Origin: an uncultured Syntrophaceae bacterium
GTDB taxonomy: Bacteria; Desulfobacterota; Syntrophia; Syntrophales; UBA2192
NCBI GenBank assembly: GCA_964585095.1
Contig: CAZPCN010000001.1
Span: 238 to 64,237, forward strand
Direction: 5' to 3'
Length of the DNA stretch: 64,000 nt
Under the pieces are notes generated by a model that worked only from the letters and a program-made list of their open reading frames with translations, searched no databases and had not been told where the DNA came from. Positions 9,368 to 18,618 of the stretch are shown in pieces. Positions within the stretch are counted from its first letter, which is position 1, and each line of letters starts with the position of its first letter. Position numbers and translations under genes: made by a program.

Positions 9368-11353
9368 ATGAGCGAACGAAAAATTGTCAGCCCCGTCGTC
9401 GACGACATCAAGGCCCACATGAAACGGGGTAAGATCGTCTCGGCCGAAGAAGCTGTGCGCGTCATCCGGAGCGGCGACACGATCGCCCTGGACGGTGTCA
9501 TGGGCGGGGGCGCCCCGGAGGAGCTGATCCTCGCCCTCGAAAAGCGGTTCCTGGATAGCGGAGAGCCCAGGGGTCTCACCCTGGTGTACGCCTCGGGGAT
9601 CGGCGACGGGAAGGACAAGGGAGTCAACCGGATCGCGAAGGAAGGGCTCCTGAAACGGGTGGTCGCCGGGCACTGGGGATTGACGCCCAAGATGCAGAAG
9701 CTGGCCGTCGACGGGAAAATCGAGGCCTACAACCTGCCCCAGGGCATCATGGCGCACATGTTCCGTGACGCGGCCGGTCGCAAACCCCGGACCATCTCGA
9801 GTGTCGGCATCGGGACCTTCGTCGACCCGAGGCTGGGCGGAGGCAAGGTTAACGGCGTGACGAAAGAGGACCTCGTCGAGGTCGTCGCCTTCGACGGAAG
9901 GGAATACCTGGCCTACCGGACCATCCCGGTTCAGGTGGCCCTGCTCAGGGGAACGACGGCCGACATGGACGGTAACATCACCATGGAGCGCGAGGCCATG
10001 ACGCTCGAGGTCCTGCCCATTGCCATGGCGGCGAAGAACAACGGCGGGATCGTCGTCGTCCAGGTCGAGCGCATTGCCGACCGGGGCGCTTTGAACCCGC
10101 GTGACGTCAAGATCCCCGGGGTGCTTGTCGACTGCGTCGTCGTTGCAAAACCGGAGAACCACTGGCAGACCTACGGCACGCCGTATAATCCCGCATTCAG
10201 CTGCGAGTTCAAGGTTCCCACGGCAAGCGTGGCGCCGCTTCCTATGGACGACCGAAAGATTATCGCCCGACGGGCGGCCTTCGAGCTGAGGCCGAACATG
10301 GTCGTCAATCTCGGGATCGGTATGCCCGAGGGCGTGGCGAGTGTCGCCAACGAGGAGGGAATCTTCGATTTCCTGACCCTCACGGCGGAGGCGGGCTCCA
10401 TCGGGGGACTTCCCGCAGGGGGCCAGAATTTCGGGGCCGCCACGAACATGGACTGCATGCTCGACATGCATTTCCAGTTCGACTTCTACGACGGCGGTGG
10501 GCTCGACCTGGCCTGCCTGGGTCTCGCGCAGATGGATCGCCATGGCAATGTCAACGTGAGCCGTTTCGGCCCGAGGCTTGCCGGCTGCGGGGGTTTCATC
10601 AACATCAGCCAGAATGCCAAGAAGATGGTCTTCGTGGGCACCTTCACGGCGGGCGGGACGAAAGTGGCCGCCGAAGACGGGATACTCCGGATCGTGAAGG
10701 AAGGGGGCGTGAAGAAGTTCGTCGAAAAGGTCGAGCAGGTGACCTTCAGCGGCAACACGGCGAGGATGAACAACCTCGATGTCATCTTCATCACGGAGCG
10801 ATGCGTCTTCGCCCTGACCGACGAGGGCGTGGAGCTCACGGAGATTGCCACCGGCGTGGATCTGGAGAAGGACATCCTGGCCTACATGGATTTCAAGCCG
10901 ATCATGAAGAGCCCGAAGCAGATGGACGGGCGGATTTTCATGCTGCCCCCCATGGACCTGAAACGGGATCTGCTCCACAAGCCCATGTCCGAGCGGATGA
11001 CCTACGATCCCGCGACGAACATCTTCTACGTCAATTTCGAGGGCCTTCACGTCCGGTCGATGGAAGACATCGTCGAAATCAGGGCCCAGGCGGAGGCCAT
11101 CCTGGTTCCGCTGGGGCGGAAGGTGGACGCCATCGTCAACTACGACAATTTCTCCATCCTGCCCGAACTGGTCGATGCCTATGCCGACACGGTCCGGACC
11201 ATCGTTCAGACCTTCTACGAGAACGTCACCCGGTACACGACCAGCGCATTCCTGAGAATGAAGCTGGGAGACGGGCTGAAGGCGCGCGGGTTTGCCCCGC
11301 ACGTCTACGAATCTCGTGAAGAGGCGCGGAAAGGGCTCAAGCACGGCGACTGA
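9368..11353 (+). CDS. Acyl-CoA:acetate/propionate CoA-transferase (YdiF/Pct family) with ~130-aa C-terminal extension
   Basis: SAEEAVRVIRSGDTIALDG, LVYASGIGDG and C-terminal Pct-like GVDLEKDILAYMDFKPIM, then extra sequence. ATG 9368 follows GGGGGTGA. Confidence 0.85.
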   Translation: MSERKIVSPVVDDIKAHMKRGKIVSAEEAVRVIRSGDTIALDGVMGGGAPEELILALEKRFLDSGEPRGLTLVYASGIGDGKDKGVNRIAKEGLLKRVVAGHWGLTPKMQKLAVDGKIEAYNLPQGIMAHMFRDAAGRKPRTISSVGIGTFVDPRLGGGKVNGVTKEDLVEVVAFDGREYLAYRTIPVQVALLRGTTADMDGNITMEREAMTLEVLPIAMAAKNNGGIVVVQVERIADRGALNPRDVKIPGVLVDCVVVAKPENHWQTYGTPYNPAFSCEFKVPTASVAPLPMDDRKIIARRAAFELRPNMVVNLGIGMPEGVASVANEEGIFDFLTLTAEAGSIGGLPAGGQNFGAATNMDCMLDMHFQFDFYDGGGLDLACLGLAQMDRHGNVNVSRFGPRLAGCGGFINISQNAKKMVFVGTFTAGGTKVAAEDGILRIVKEGGVKKFVEKVEQVTFSGNTARMNNLDVIFITERCVFALTDEGVELTEIATGVDLEKDILAYMDFKPIMKSPKQMDGRIFMLPPMDLKRDLLHKPMSERMTYDPATNIFYVNFEGLHVRSMEDIVEIRAQAEAILVPLGRKVDAIVNYDNFSILPELVDAYADTVRTIVQTFYENVTRYTTSAFLRMKLGDGLKARGFAPHVYESREEARKGLKHGD

Positions 11354-11393
11354 TCTGCGAAATCCGCAACAAACATGAAGGAGGTTGTTTCGG

Positions 11394-11888
11394 ATGGAAA
11401 TCCCCTTTACGACAATGGAGCAGTTGATTCCGTTCCCGACGGCGCAGGAGCTGGTTGCGAAACAACACGGGCCCATGGAGTCAGTGCCGCCGGGCATGAC
11501 AGTCATGGCGGCCCTGAAGATGATGGCGGAAAAGAACATCCGATTCCTTGCGGTCGTTGAGAACGGGAGGCTGGCCGGCGTGCTCTCCGAGCGCGACTGC
11601 GCTCGTCGGGTGATCCTCGGGAAACTGGATGCCGCCGGGACTGCCGTGCGCGATATCATGGCGAAAGACGTCCACACGGTGAAGCCGGATACCAAGATCC
11701 CGGAATGCATCATGCTCATGTACGCGAAGGATGTCGGCTATCTGCCGGTCCTGCGCGGCGGTGAACTCGTCGGGGTGCTCTCGATCCGCGAAGTGATGGG
11801 CGCACTGATCGAGAGGCACGAGCGGTTGCTGCGGCGTCTCGGGGAAGAGCGCCTGACCCTGATGTACCCCGATCCGAGCAGCTACTAG
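11394..11888 (+). CDS. CBS-domain pair protein
   Basis: Two CBS-like units (..MTVMAALKMMAEKNIRFLAVVENGRLAGVLSERD.. and ..IPECIMLMYAKDVGYLPVLRGGELVGVLSIREV..). GGAGG lies 9 nt before ATG 11394. Confidence 0.85.
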   Translation: MEIPFTTMEQLIPFPTAQELVAKQHGPMESVPPGMTVMAALKMMAEKNIRFLAVVENGRLAGVLSERDCARRVILGKLDAAGTAVRDIMAKDVHTVKPDTKIPECIMLMYAKDVGYLPVLRGGELVGVLSIREVMGALIERHERLLRRLGEERLTLMYPDPSSY

Positions 11889-11926
11889 GCCCCCTGGACT
11901 GATCGAGGGGCAGAAAGGAGGGAACC

Positions 11927-13318
11927 ATGAGTCTGATCATCGTCGTTCTTGCCCTGGTCCTGCTGATGTTCGTTGCGTACCGGGGGTTCAGCGTGATCCT
12001 GTTCGCGCCGGTCTGCGCACTGCTGGCTGTGATGCTCACAGACCCCGGCCTCGTGCTTCCGATGTTCAGCGGGGTCTTCATGGACAAGATGGTGGGGTTC
12101 ATCAAGTCCTATTTCCCCGTCTTCGTGCTCGGCGCCGTGTTCGGAAAGGTGATCGAGCTGTCCGGGTTTTCCAAGTCGATCGTGTCCGCCGTCATAAAGC
12201 TGCTGGGGCGGGAACGATCGATGCTCTCGATCGTCATCGTCTGCGCGCTGCTCACCTATGGTGGCGTGTCGCTGTTCGTCGTCGTCTTCGCGGTGTACCC
12301 CTTCGCGGCGGAGATGTTCAAGCAGGGCGATATCCCGAAGCGGCTGATCCCCGGGACCATTGCACTCGGAGCATTCACGTTCACCATGGACGCGCTTCCC
12401 GGCACCCCGCAGATCCAGAACATCATTCCCACCACATTCTTCAAGACGAACAGCTGGGCGGCGCCCTGGCTGGGGCTCATCGGCGGCATTTTCATTCTCG
12501 TCTCCGGTCTTGCATACCTGGAGTGGCGGCGTAAGCGTGCCGCGGCGGCGGGCGAGGGGTACGGCACCAACCTGCTCAACGAGCCGTTGCCCTACACCGA
12601 GGAGAACCTGCCAAACCCCTGGCTCGCGCTGTCGCCTCTTGTCATCGTGGGCGTGACAAACATGCTGTTCACCATGCTGATCCCGAAGGTTTACGGGGTG
12701 ACGCACACGGCTCAGTTGCCCGGCATGGCCAAGCCGATCACCACCCAGGTGTCCTCGGTGGCGGCGATCTGGGCGGTTCAGTGCGCACTGGTCCTCGGGA
12801 TCCTAACCGTGGTGGTTTTTGCGTGGAAGCCGATCAAGGACCGATTCGCCGACGGCAGCAAGGCGGCCATCGCCGGAGCCCTGCTCTCCGTGACGAACAC
12901 GGCCTCGGAATACGGTTTCGGCGGGATCATCGCAGCCCTCCCGGGGTTTTTGACCATTGCAGACGGGCTGAAAGCGATTCCCGGCGTCCTCATCAATGAA
13001 GCGGTAGCGGTCAACGTGTTGGCGGGCATTACCGGGTCGGCATCCGGCGGTATGAGCATCGCCCTGGCCACCATGGCGGATACGTTCATTGCGGGCGCGC
13101 AGGCCGCGAATATTCCCCTCGAGGTGCTGCACCGGGTCGCCTCCATGTCCAGCGGCGGCATGGACACGCTGCCGCACAACGGCGCTGTCATCACGCTCCT
13201 GGCGGTGACGGGGCTGACCCACAAGGATTCCTACATAGACATTTTCGCAATCACCCTGACGAAATTCGCCGCAGTCTTCCTGATCATCGGGGTCTATTAC
13301 CTGACCGGCATTTATTGA
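11927..13318 (+). CDS. GntP-family organic-acid permease (hydroxy-acid/gluconate:H+ symporter type)
   Basis: 463 aa, polytopic. N-terminus MSLIIVVLALVLLMFVAYRGFSVILFAP and overall pattern are typical of GntP/3-hydroxybutyrate permeases. RBS AAAGGAGGG. Confidence 0.8.
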   Translation: MSLIIVVLALVLLMFVAYRGFSVILFAPVCALLAVMLTDPGLVLPMFSGVFMDKMVGFIKSYFPVFVLGAVFGKVIELSGFSKSIVSAVIKLLGRERSMLSIVIVCALLTYGGVSLFVVVFAVYPFAAEMFKQGDIPKRLIPGTIALGAFTFTMDALPGTPQIQNIIPTTFFKTNSWAAPWLGLIGGIFILVSGLAYLEWRRKRAAAAGEGYGTNLLNEPLPYTEENLPNPWLALSPLVIVGVTNMLFTMLIPKVYGVTHTAQLPGMAKPITTQVSSVAAIWAVQCALVLGILTVVVFAWKPIKDRFADGSKAAIAGALLSVTNTASEYGFGGIIAALPGFLTIADGLKAIPGVLINEAVAVNVLAGITGSASGGMSIALATMADTFIAGAQAANIPLEVLHRVASMSSGGMDTLPHNGAVITLLAVTGLTHKDSYIDIFAITLTKFAAVFLIIGVYYLTGIY

Positions 13319-13373
13319 TGAAGGACCACCGGGCCGAAGAGATGTAAATCCCCTAGAGGAAAAGGAGAACAGA

Positions 13374-13868
13374 ATGAAGCGGAACACTATGCACACTTTA
13401 CTGGTTATCGGGTTACTGCTTGTGCTGGTCTGCCCCGCATTTGCCCAGCAGCAGTTTGTCTATCCTCAGAAAGGGCAATCGGCCGAGCAGCAGAAGAAGG
13501 ACGAGTATGACTGCCACAGTTGGGCGGTCAAACAGACAGGCTTCGATCCCACCCAGGCGGCTCAGGCACCGCAGCAGCAGGAAGTACAGCAGCCGGCAGG
13601 TGCGCAGCGAGGCTCGGGGGCCCGCGGCGCGGCGAGGGGCGCGGTTGCCGGCGCAGCAATCGGTTCCCTCGACGGCGAGGCAGGGAAGGGCGCCGGGGTC
13701 GGAGCCGCGGCAGGGGCCGTTGCCGCCCGTGGCCAGAGCCGCAGGCAGGCGCAGCAGCAGCAAGCCCAGGCACAGCAACAGACCGAGTCGAAGCAGAGCG
13801 CACAGCAGCAGAATTATCAGAAGGCGAGGGCCGCCTGCCTCGAGGGCAAGGGCTATTCGGTGAAATAG
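13374..13868 (+). CDS. Exported glycine-zipper, Gln-rich protein
   Basis: Signal peptide, GAARGAVAGAAIGSLDGEAGKGAGVGAAAGAVAA glycine zipper, poly-Q/A tract and conserved-looking ends (DEYDCHSWA, ACLEGKGYSVK). Confidence 0.7.
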   Translation: MKRNTMHTLLVIGLLLVLVCPAFAQQQFVYPQKGQSAEQQKKDEYDCHSWAVKQTGFDPTQAAQAPQQQEVQQPAGAQRGSGARGAARGAVAGAAIGSLDGEAGKGAGVGAAAGAVAARGQSRRQAQQQQAQAQQQTESKQSAQQQNYQKARAACLEGKGYSVK

Positions 13869-13888
13869 TGAAAGAAGGAGGACAGACC

Positions 13889-15298
13889 ATGGTGGAGCCC
13901 CAGGAATTGACGAACGTCACGTTCGACGAAATACAGGTGGGTGCCATGAAGGAAGCGACCGTGACGTTGACGCAGCACCAGATTGACGTGGCGGCCATCG
14001 TGTCGGGAGACGTCGACGCCCTCTATGTGAAAGGGGTGGGTACCGGGGATACACGCCTGGAGCCGAAAAAGACCGAGGCGGCGGGAGCCGAGGCGATGAT
14101 TTCGATCCTGCTTGGGGCGAGGATGCCCGGCCCCGGGACAAAGATCGTGCACCGCGATCTGCGTTTCAGCGGGGATTTCGCGGCGGGGGACAACCTCACG
14201 GCCAGGGTGACCGTGCGGGAAAAACGGAAGGAAGGAAACCTCGTCGTCTTCGACTGCCGTGTGGTCAACCAGGCGGGCAAGGAACTCGTCGCCGGAACGG
14301 TGACGGTGCAGGCGCCCACATCGCGGCTTGTCTACGATGTCATCAAGCCGCCGCACTTGGAGCTCCGCTTCGGCGATTCGTTCGCGCAGCTCATCAGGGG
14401 ATGCCAGGGCTGCGAGCCCATTCCCACGGCCATCGTGCATCCCTGTGATCGGGATTCCCTCGCGGGCGCCATCGAGGCGGCCCGTCGGGGGCTCATCGTA
14501 CCCGTGCTCGTCGGCCCGGAGGAGAAGATACGGAAGGCTGCCGACGAGGCGCAGATCGATCTGTCCCCCTACCGGATCGTGTCCACGGAGCACAGTCACG
14601 CGTCGGCGGCAAAATCCGTCGAGCTTGCACGCACGGGCGATGTGGAGGCCCTCATGAAGGGGAGCCTGCACACCGACGAGATCATGGGGGCTATCGTGCC
14701 AACGGCGGCCGGGCTGCGAACGTCGCGCAGGATCAGCCACGCCTTCGTCATGGACGTCTCTACATACCCGAAGATGTTCATGATCACCGATGCGGCGGTC
14801 AACATCTTCCCGGATTTGGAAGTCAAGCGCGACATCATCCAGAACGCCATCGATCTGGGACACGCGCTGGGCATTGAATTGCCAAAGGTGGGCATTCTCT
14901 CGGCCGTCGAGGTGGTCAACCCGAAGATACCCTCCACACTTGAGGCGGCCGCCCTGTGCAAGATGGCCGACCGGGGGCAGATCACCGGCGGCATCCTTGA
15001 CGGTCCCCTGGCCTTCGACAACGCCATCAGCGCCCAGGCCGCCAGGATCAAGGGCATCACGTCGCCCGTCAGCGGGGAGGTAGACATCCTGCTCGCACCG
15101 GACCTGGAGGCGGCCAACATGCTGTTCAAGCAGCTTACCTACCTTTCCGGGGCCGAGGGAGCGGGCATCGTCCTGGGGACAAAGATCCCCGTCGTGCTGA
15201 CGAGCCGCGCCGACTCGGTTAGAACGAGACTCGCCTCCGTGGCGGTCATGACACAGGTCGCCCACGCAAGGCGAAGCGGAAAGTTCGAGACGAGGTGA
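13889..15298 (+). CDS. Bifunctional MaoC-like (R)-hydratase / phosphate acetyl-butyryl-transferase
   Basis: N-terminal hot-dog segment (..FSGDFAAGDNLTARVTVREKRKEGNLVVFDCRVVNQAGKELV..) fused to a PTA_PTB domain (..ALMKGSLHTDEIM.., ..FVMDV.., LLAPDLEAANMLFK). ATG 13889 follows AAGGAGGA. The upstream 123 codons of the ORF overlap the preceding gene and are Arg/Gly junk. Confidence 0.85.
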   Translation: MVEPQELTNVTFDEIQVGAMKEATVTLTQHQIDVAAIVSGDVDALYVKGVGTGDTRLEPKKTEAAGAEAMISILLGARMPGPGTKIVHRDLRFSGDFAAGDNLTARVTVREKRKEGNLVVFDCRVVNQAGKELVAGTVTVQAPTSRLVYDVIKPPHLELRFGDSFAQLIRGCQGCEPIPTAIVHPCDRDSLAGAIEAARRGLIVPVLVGPEEKIRKAADEAQIDLSPYRIVSTEHSHASAAKSVELARTGDVEALMKGSLHTDEIMGAIVPTAAGLRTSRRISHAFVMDVSTYPKMFMITDAAVNIFPDLEVKRDIIQNAIDLGHALGIELPKVGILSAVEVVNPKIPSTLEAAALCKMADRGQITGGILDGPLAFDNAISAQAARIKGITSPVSGEVDILLAPDLEAANMLFKQLTYLSGAEGAGIVLGTKIPVVLTSRADSVRTRLASVAVMTQVAHARRSGKFETR

Positions 15299-15302
15299 CG
15301 TC

Positions 15303-16496
15303 ATGGCCGATCTCATTGTCGTTCTCAACGCAGGGTCCTCGAGCCTTAAATTCACCATATACGCCAATCAGGCAAGCGAGCCGGAACCCCTCTACGACGG
15401 TCAGATCGAGGGCCTCTTCACGGAGTCGCGATTCAAGGCAAAGGACGGCGCCGGAAAGGTCATCGCAGAGAAAACATGGCCGAAAGGGTCCGCACTCGAC
15501 CACGAAGGGGCCATCGAGGCCCTCTTTGCATGGGGCAGGGGGGTTCTGAGCAGCAAGGATCGAATCGTGGCCGTGGGACACCGAGTCGTCCACGGGGGGC
15601 TGCGGTACACGAAACCCACCCTCGTCAACGATACCGTCCTCACGGACCTGGAAGAATTCAACCCCCTGGCGCCGCTGCACCAGCCGCACAATCTGGCGGC
15701 TATCCGCGTCCTCAGGAAGAGAAGCCCCGATCTGCCCCAGGTGGCCTGCTTCGACACGTCCTTCCACACGAGCATTCCCGCCGTGGCGCAGGCCTTCGCC
15801 CTGCCGCGGAAGTTCGCAGAACAGGGGGTCCGTCGCTACGGCTTCCACGGTCTCTCGTACGAGTACATCTCTACCGTCCTTCCGGGGTTTGACCCGGAAG
15901 CGGCGAAGGGCCGGACCGTCGTGGCCCATCTCGGCAACGGTGCGAGCCTCTGCGCCATGCGTGGACTCAGGAGCGAGGCCTGCACGCTCGGGTTCACCGC
16001 CGTCGAGGGCCTCATGATGGGGACGCGTTGCGGCGCCCTGGACCCCGGCGTCATGCTCTACCTGATGGACGAGTGCGGGATGAGCGCGCGCGACCTGGAG
16101 ACCCTGATCTACAAGGAATCAGGTTTGCTGGGCGTCTCCGGGATCTCGAGCGATATGCGCACCCTTCTGGCGAGCGCTGACCCCCGTGCCGCCGAGGCGG
16201 TGGAGCTGTTCGCCTACCGCATAGGCCGCGAGCTGGGGTCGATGGCTGCCGCTCTCGGCGGGCTCGACGCTCTAGTCTTCACCGCCGGTATCGGGGAGAA
16301 TGCGGGCCCGGTCCGCGAGCGGGTCTGCCGGTCCGCCGCGTGGCTGGGGCTGGAATTGGACGAGAAAGCCAACGCGGGGGACGGGCCCCGGATAAGCCGG
16401 GAGGGAAGCCGGGTCCGCGCCTGGGTGATCCCGACCGATGAGGAGCTGATGATCGCCCGGCACGCGCGGCAGGTGCTCGCCGGAACAGCCGGTTGA
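15303..16496 (+). CDS. ackA: Acetate (short-chain acyl) kinase
   Basis: MADLIVVLNAGSSSLKFTIY, GHRVVHGG, CFDTSFH, GFHGLSYEY, AHLGNGASL and FTAGIGEN are hallmark acetate/propionate kinase motifs. Confidence 0.93.
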   Translation: MADLIVVLNAGSSSLKFTIYANQASEPEPLYDGQIEGLFTESRFKAKDGAGKVIAEKTWPKGSALDHEGAIEALFAWGRGVLSSKDRIVAVGHRVVHGGLRYTKPTLVNDTVLTDLEEFNPLAPLHQPHNLAAIRVLRKRSPDLPQVACFDTSFHTSIPAVAQAFALPRKFAEQGVRRYGFHGLSYEYISTVLPGFDPEAAKGRTVVAHLGNGASLCAMRGLRSEACTLGFTAVEGLMMGTRCGALDPGVMLYLMDECGMSARDLETLIYKESGLLGVSGISSDMRTLLASADPRAAEAVELFAYRIGRELGSMAAALGGLDALVFTAGIGENAGPVRERVCRSAAWLGLELDEKANAGDGPRISREGSRVRAWVIPTDEELMIARHARQVLAGTAG

Positions 16497-16510
16497 GAAG
16501 GGGACGCAGG

Positions 16511-17857
16511 ATGCGCTGGAACCGGAAGTACATCATCGTGAGCTACATCCGATCGTCGCTGTGGCTCGTGCCGTTTTTTGCCGTCCTGGCGTATATGGTG
16601 ACGAACCGCCTCACCTTTACCATCGGCCGCTGGTTTCTGCAGAACGGATGGCTCGACGAAGAGACTGCATTCCTGGGCCTTTCCATGTCGGGAGCCCGGG
16701 TGATGCTCGAGACGATCGTCACCCTGAACCTCTCCTTTGTCGTCTTCACGTTCGGCTCGCTGCTCGTCGCGATCCAGGTCGCCGGCGGACAGTACACGCC
16801 GCGGATCATCGCGACCACCCTGCTGCGGAATAACGCCATCCGGTGCACCGTCGGCTATTTCGTCTTTACCATGTTGTTCACCCTGCGGGTGCTGTCCCGG
16901 ATGGGCGATGCGACCGTCCACCAGTTCAACACCTTCATGGCGGCGACGTTTGGTTTGATCTCCATTGTCGTGTTCCTTTTCCTGATCGACTACGCGGCGC
17001 GTCTGCTGCGTCCCGTCAGCATCGTGTACCGGGTCGGAGAATCGGGCCTCGCGGTGATCCAGGGCGTCTATCCGGAGCTGACCAGGCCCGCATACCCCGT
17101 CGAGTCGTCCGGCCCTGACGCGTCTCCGGTGCGTGCCGTTGCGCACGCAGGGAACTCGGGCATCGTGCTCGCCGTGGATCTGGCGGGGCTGGCCGCGAAA
17201 GCCCGGCAGTCCGACGGGGTGATCGAGTTCGTCCCCCAGGTCGGCGACTTCGTGGCAAAAGAAGAGCCCCTCTTCCGGTTGTATGGAGGTGCCGGCGGCA
17301 TCGACGACAGAGAGCTGCAGGCGTCCGTCGCGCACGGATCGGAACGAACGCTCGAGCAGGATCCGACCTTTGCATTCCGCATCCTGGTCGACATTGCGAT
17401 CAAGGCGCTGTCGCCGGCCATCAACGATCCGACGACGGCCGTCCTTGCCATCGACCAGATTCACCGACTGCTTCGGCTGGTCGGGCAACGGCACTTGAGC
17501 CGTGAGGAGATCCGCGACGAAGCAGGCAAGCTGCGGCTCATCTTCCGGACGCCGAACTGGGAGGACTTCGTGCACCTCGCGTGCACCGAGATACGCCATT
17601 TCGGCGTAGGAAGCGTCCAGATCATGCGGCGGATGCGATCCTTGCTGGAAAATCTCATGCACACCCTGCCGCCGTACCGTCATCCGGAGTTGAGCAAACA
17701 GCTGGAGTATCTCGATCGGGCGATCGAAGGGCATTACACACTGGCCGAAGACAGGGCACTCGCCCGGATCGCGGACCCGCAGGGGTTGGGCGGATCCGTG
17801 GGCGTTCAAGCCGCCATCGGCTCGCAAAAACGGAGGTCGCAGCACCTAGGCGCATAA
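16511..17857 (+). CDS. DUF2254-type integral membrane protein
   Basis: N-terminal four TM helices with VVFTFGSLLVAIQVAGGQYTPRI, then a soluble C-terminal domain. Family recalled from memory. Confidence 0.7.
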   Translation: MRWNRKYIIVSYIRSSLWLVPFFAVLAYMVTNRLTFTIGRWFLQNGWLDEETAFLGLSMSGARVMLETIVTLNLSFVVFTFGSLLVAIQVAGGQYTPRIIATTLLRNNAIRCTVGYFVFTMLFTLRVLSRMGDATVHQFNTFMAATFGLISIVVFLFLIDYAARLLRPVSIVYRVGESGLAVIQGVYPELTRPAYPVESSGPDASPVRAVAHAGNSGIVLAVDLAGLAAKARQSDGVIEFVPQVGDFVAKEEPLFRLYGGAGGIDDRELQASVAHGSERTLEQDPTFAFRILVDIAIKALSPAINDPTTAVLAIDQIHRLLRLVGQRHLSREEIRDEAGKLRLIFRTPNWEDFVHLACTEIRHFGVGSVQIMRRMRSLLENLMHTLPPYRHPELSKQLEYLDRAIEGHYTLAEDRALARIADPQGLGGSVGVQAAIGSQKRRSQHLGA

Positions 17858-17951
17858 CCGACAGGAAAATCAGGACGCAGGATCGTCCGGTGAGGCTACC
17901 GGGTATCCTGCAGGAAGCACAACCGGTGCTTTGGTTCCAGGAGGTGAAATC

Positions 17952-18533
17952 ATGGCACATTGTCACGGGATTCGCCCCTTTGTTGCCGCTCTGCTGGTTG
18001 CCGGATTGTTCCTGTTCGCACCGTCCGGCTCTGCGTCCCGGGGTGAAACAGGCGGGGACATCATCCTGCCGCAGATCGGCACCGGCAGCGTGAGCGCATA
18101 CATCGAGGCTTTGAAGTCGGACATCCGGGTACACATGAGGAGGATCATCGAGGTCAACATGCAATTGAGCGAGAAGGAAGCCGATGCGTTTTGGACGATC
18201 TATGACCGATATGACGAGGACATGAGCAAGTTGAACTATGAACGATCCTCGATCCTGGATTTCTTTGCGGACAACTACAAAACCCTGTCGGACGGGCAGG
18301 CGAAGGACCTCATCAGGAGAATGAATTACGTCGACCGGAGAAAGCTGTCGATTGATGAAAAATATGCAAGGGAAATGGGCAAGGTCCTGACCGTCAAGAC
18401 GGTGCTGAGGTTCTTCCAGATCGAGAGGCAGGTGGACAGGCTGGTGGCGCTGAAGATCATGTCACAAATCCCGCTGGTCCCGACGGATGCGCCCAAGGCA
18501 AAGCCGGAGGCCAGATCCCAAAGACGACCCTGA
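17952..18533 (+). CDS. Exported helical hypothetical protein
   Basis: ATG 17952 after GGAGGTGA. Signal-like FVAALLVAGLFLFAPSGSAS. No recognisable motif. Confidence 0.6.
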   Translation: MAHCHGIRPFVAALLVAGLFLFAPSGSASRGETGGDIILPQIGTGSVSAYIEALKSDIRVHMRRIIEVNMQLSEKEADAFWTIYDRYDEDMSKLNYERSSILDFFADNYKTLSDGQAKDLIRRMNYVDRRKLSIDEKYAREMGKVLTVKTVLRFFQIERQVDRLVALKIMSQIPLVPTDAPKAKPEARSQRRP

Positions 18534-18618
18534 CGCGAAAAGCCGCAGAAAGAAGCGCCGCACATCCCTTTCGGCAGTCAGGATCCGGCAAGCCGGGTTT
18601 CCCCGGAGGTAGGAACCG

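Noticed and set aside
9332-11719. 795-aa minus-strand ORF. Similar very long antisense ORFs: 36426..39224 (932 aa), 16214..17845, 26090..27838, 27016..28692 (+), 30279..32216, 19555..20700, 6370..7953, 13853..15367.
   Set aside because: Each lies antisense or out of frame to a gene with clear family motifs. Their translations are Arg/Gly/Pro/His/Asp-rich with no motifs. This is the expected stop-codon-poor artefact of high-GC DNA.
13520-13888. N-terminal extensions of listed ORFs: 13520 start for the MaoC-PTA gene, 29793 start for the PAS-LuxR gene, 60078 start for the TPR lipoprotein, 5024 for the receiver, 41586 for the small Cys-rich ORF, 44304..45089 and 44848..45255 upstream parts.
   Set aside because: The extensions overlap the preceding genes, are Arg/Gly/Pro-rich, and internal starts with good Shine-Dalgarno sequences and signal peptides or lipoboxes fit better.
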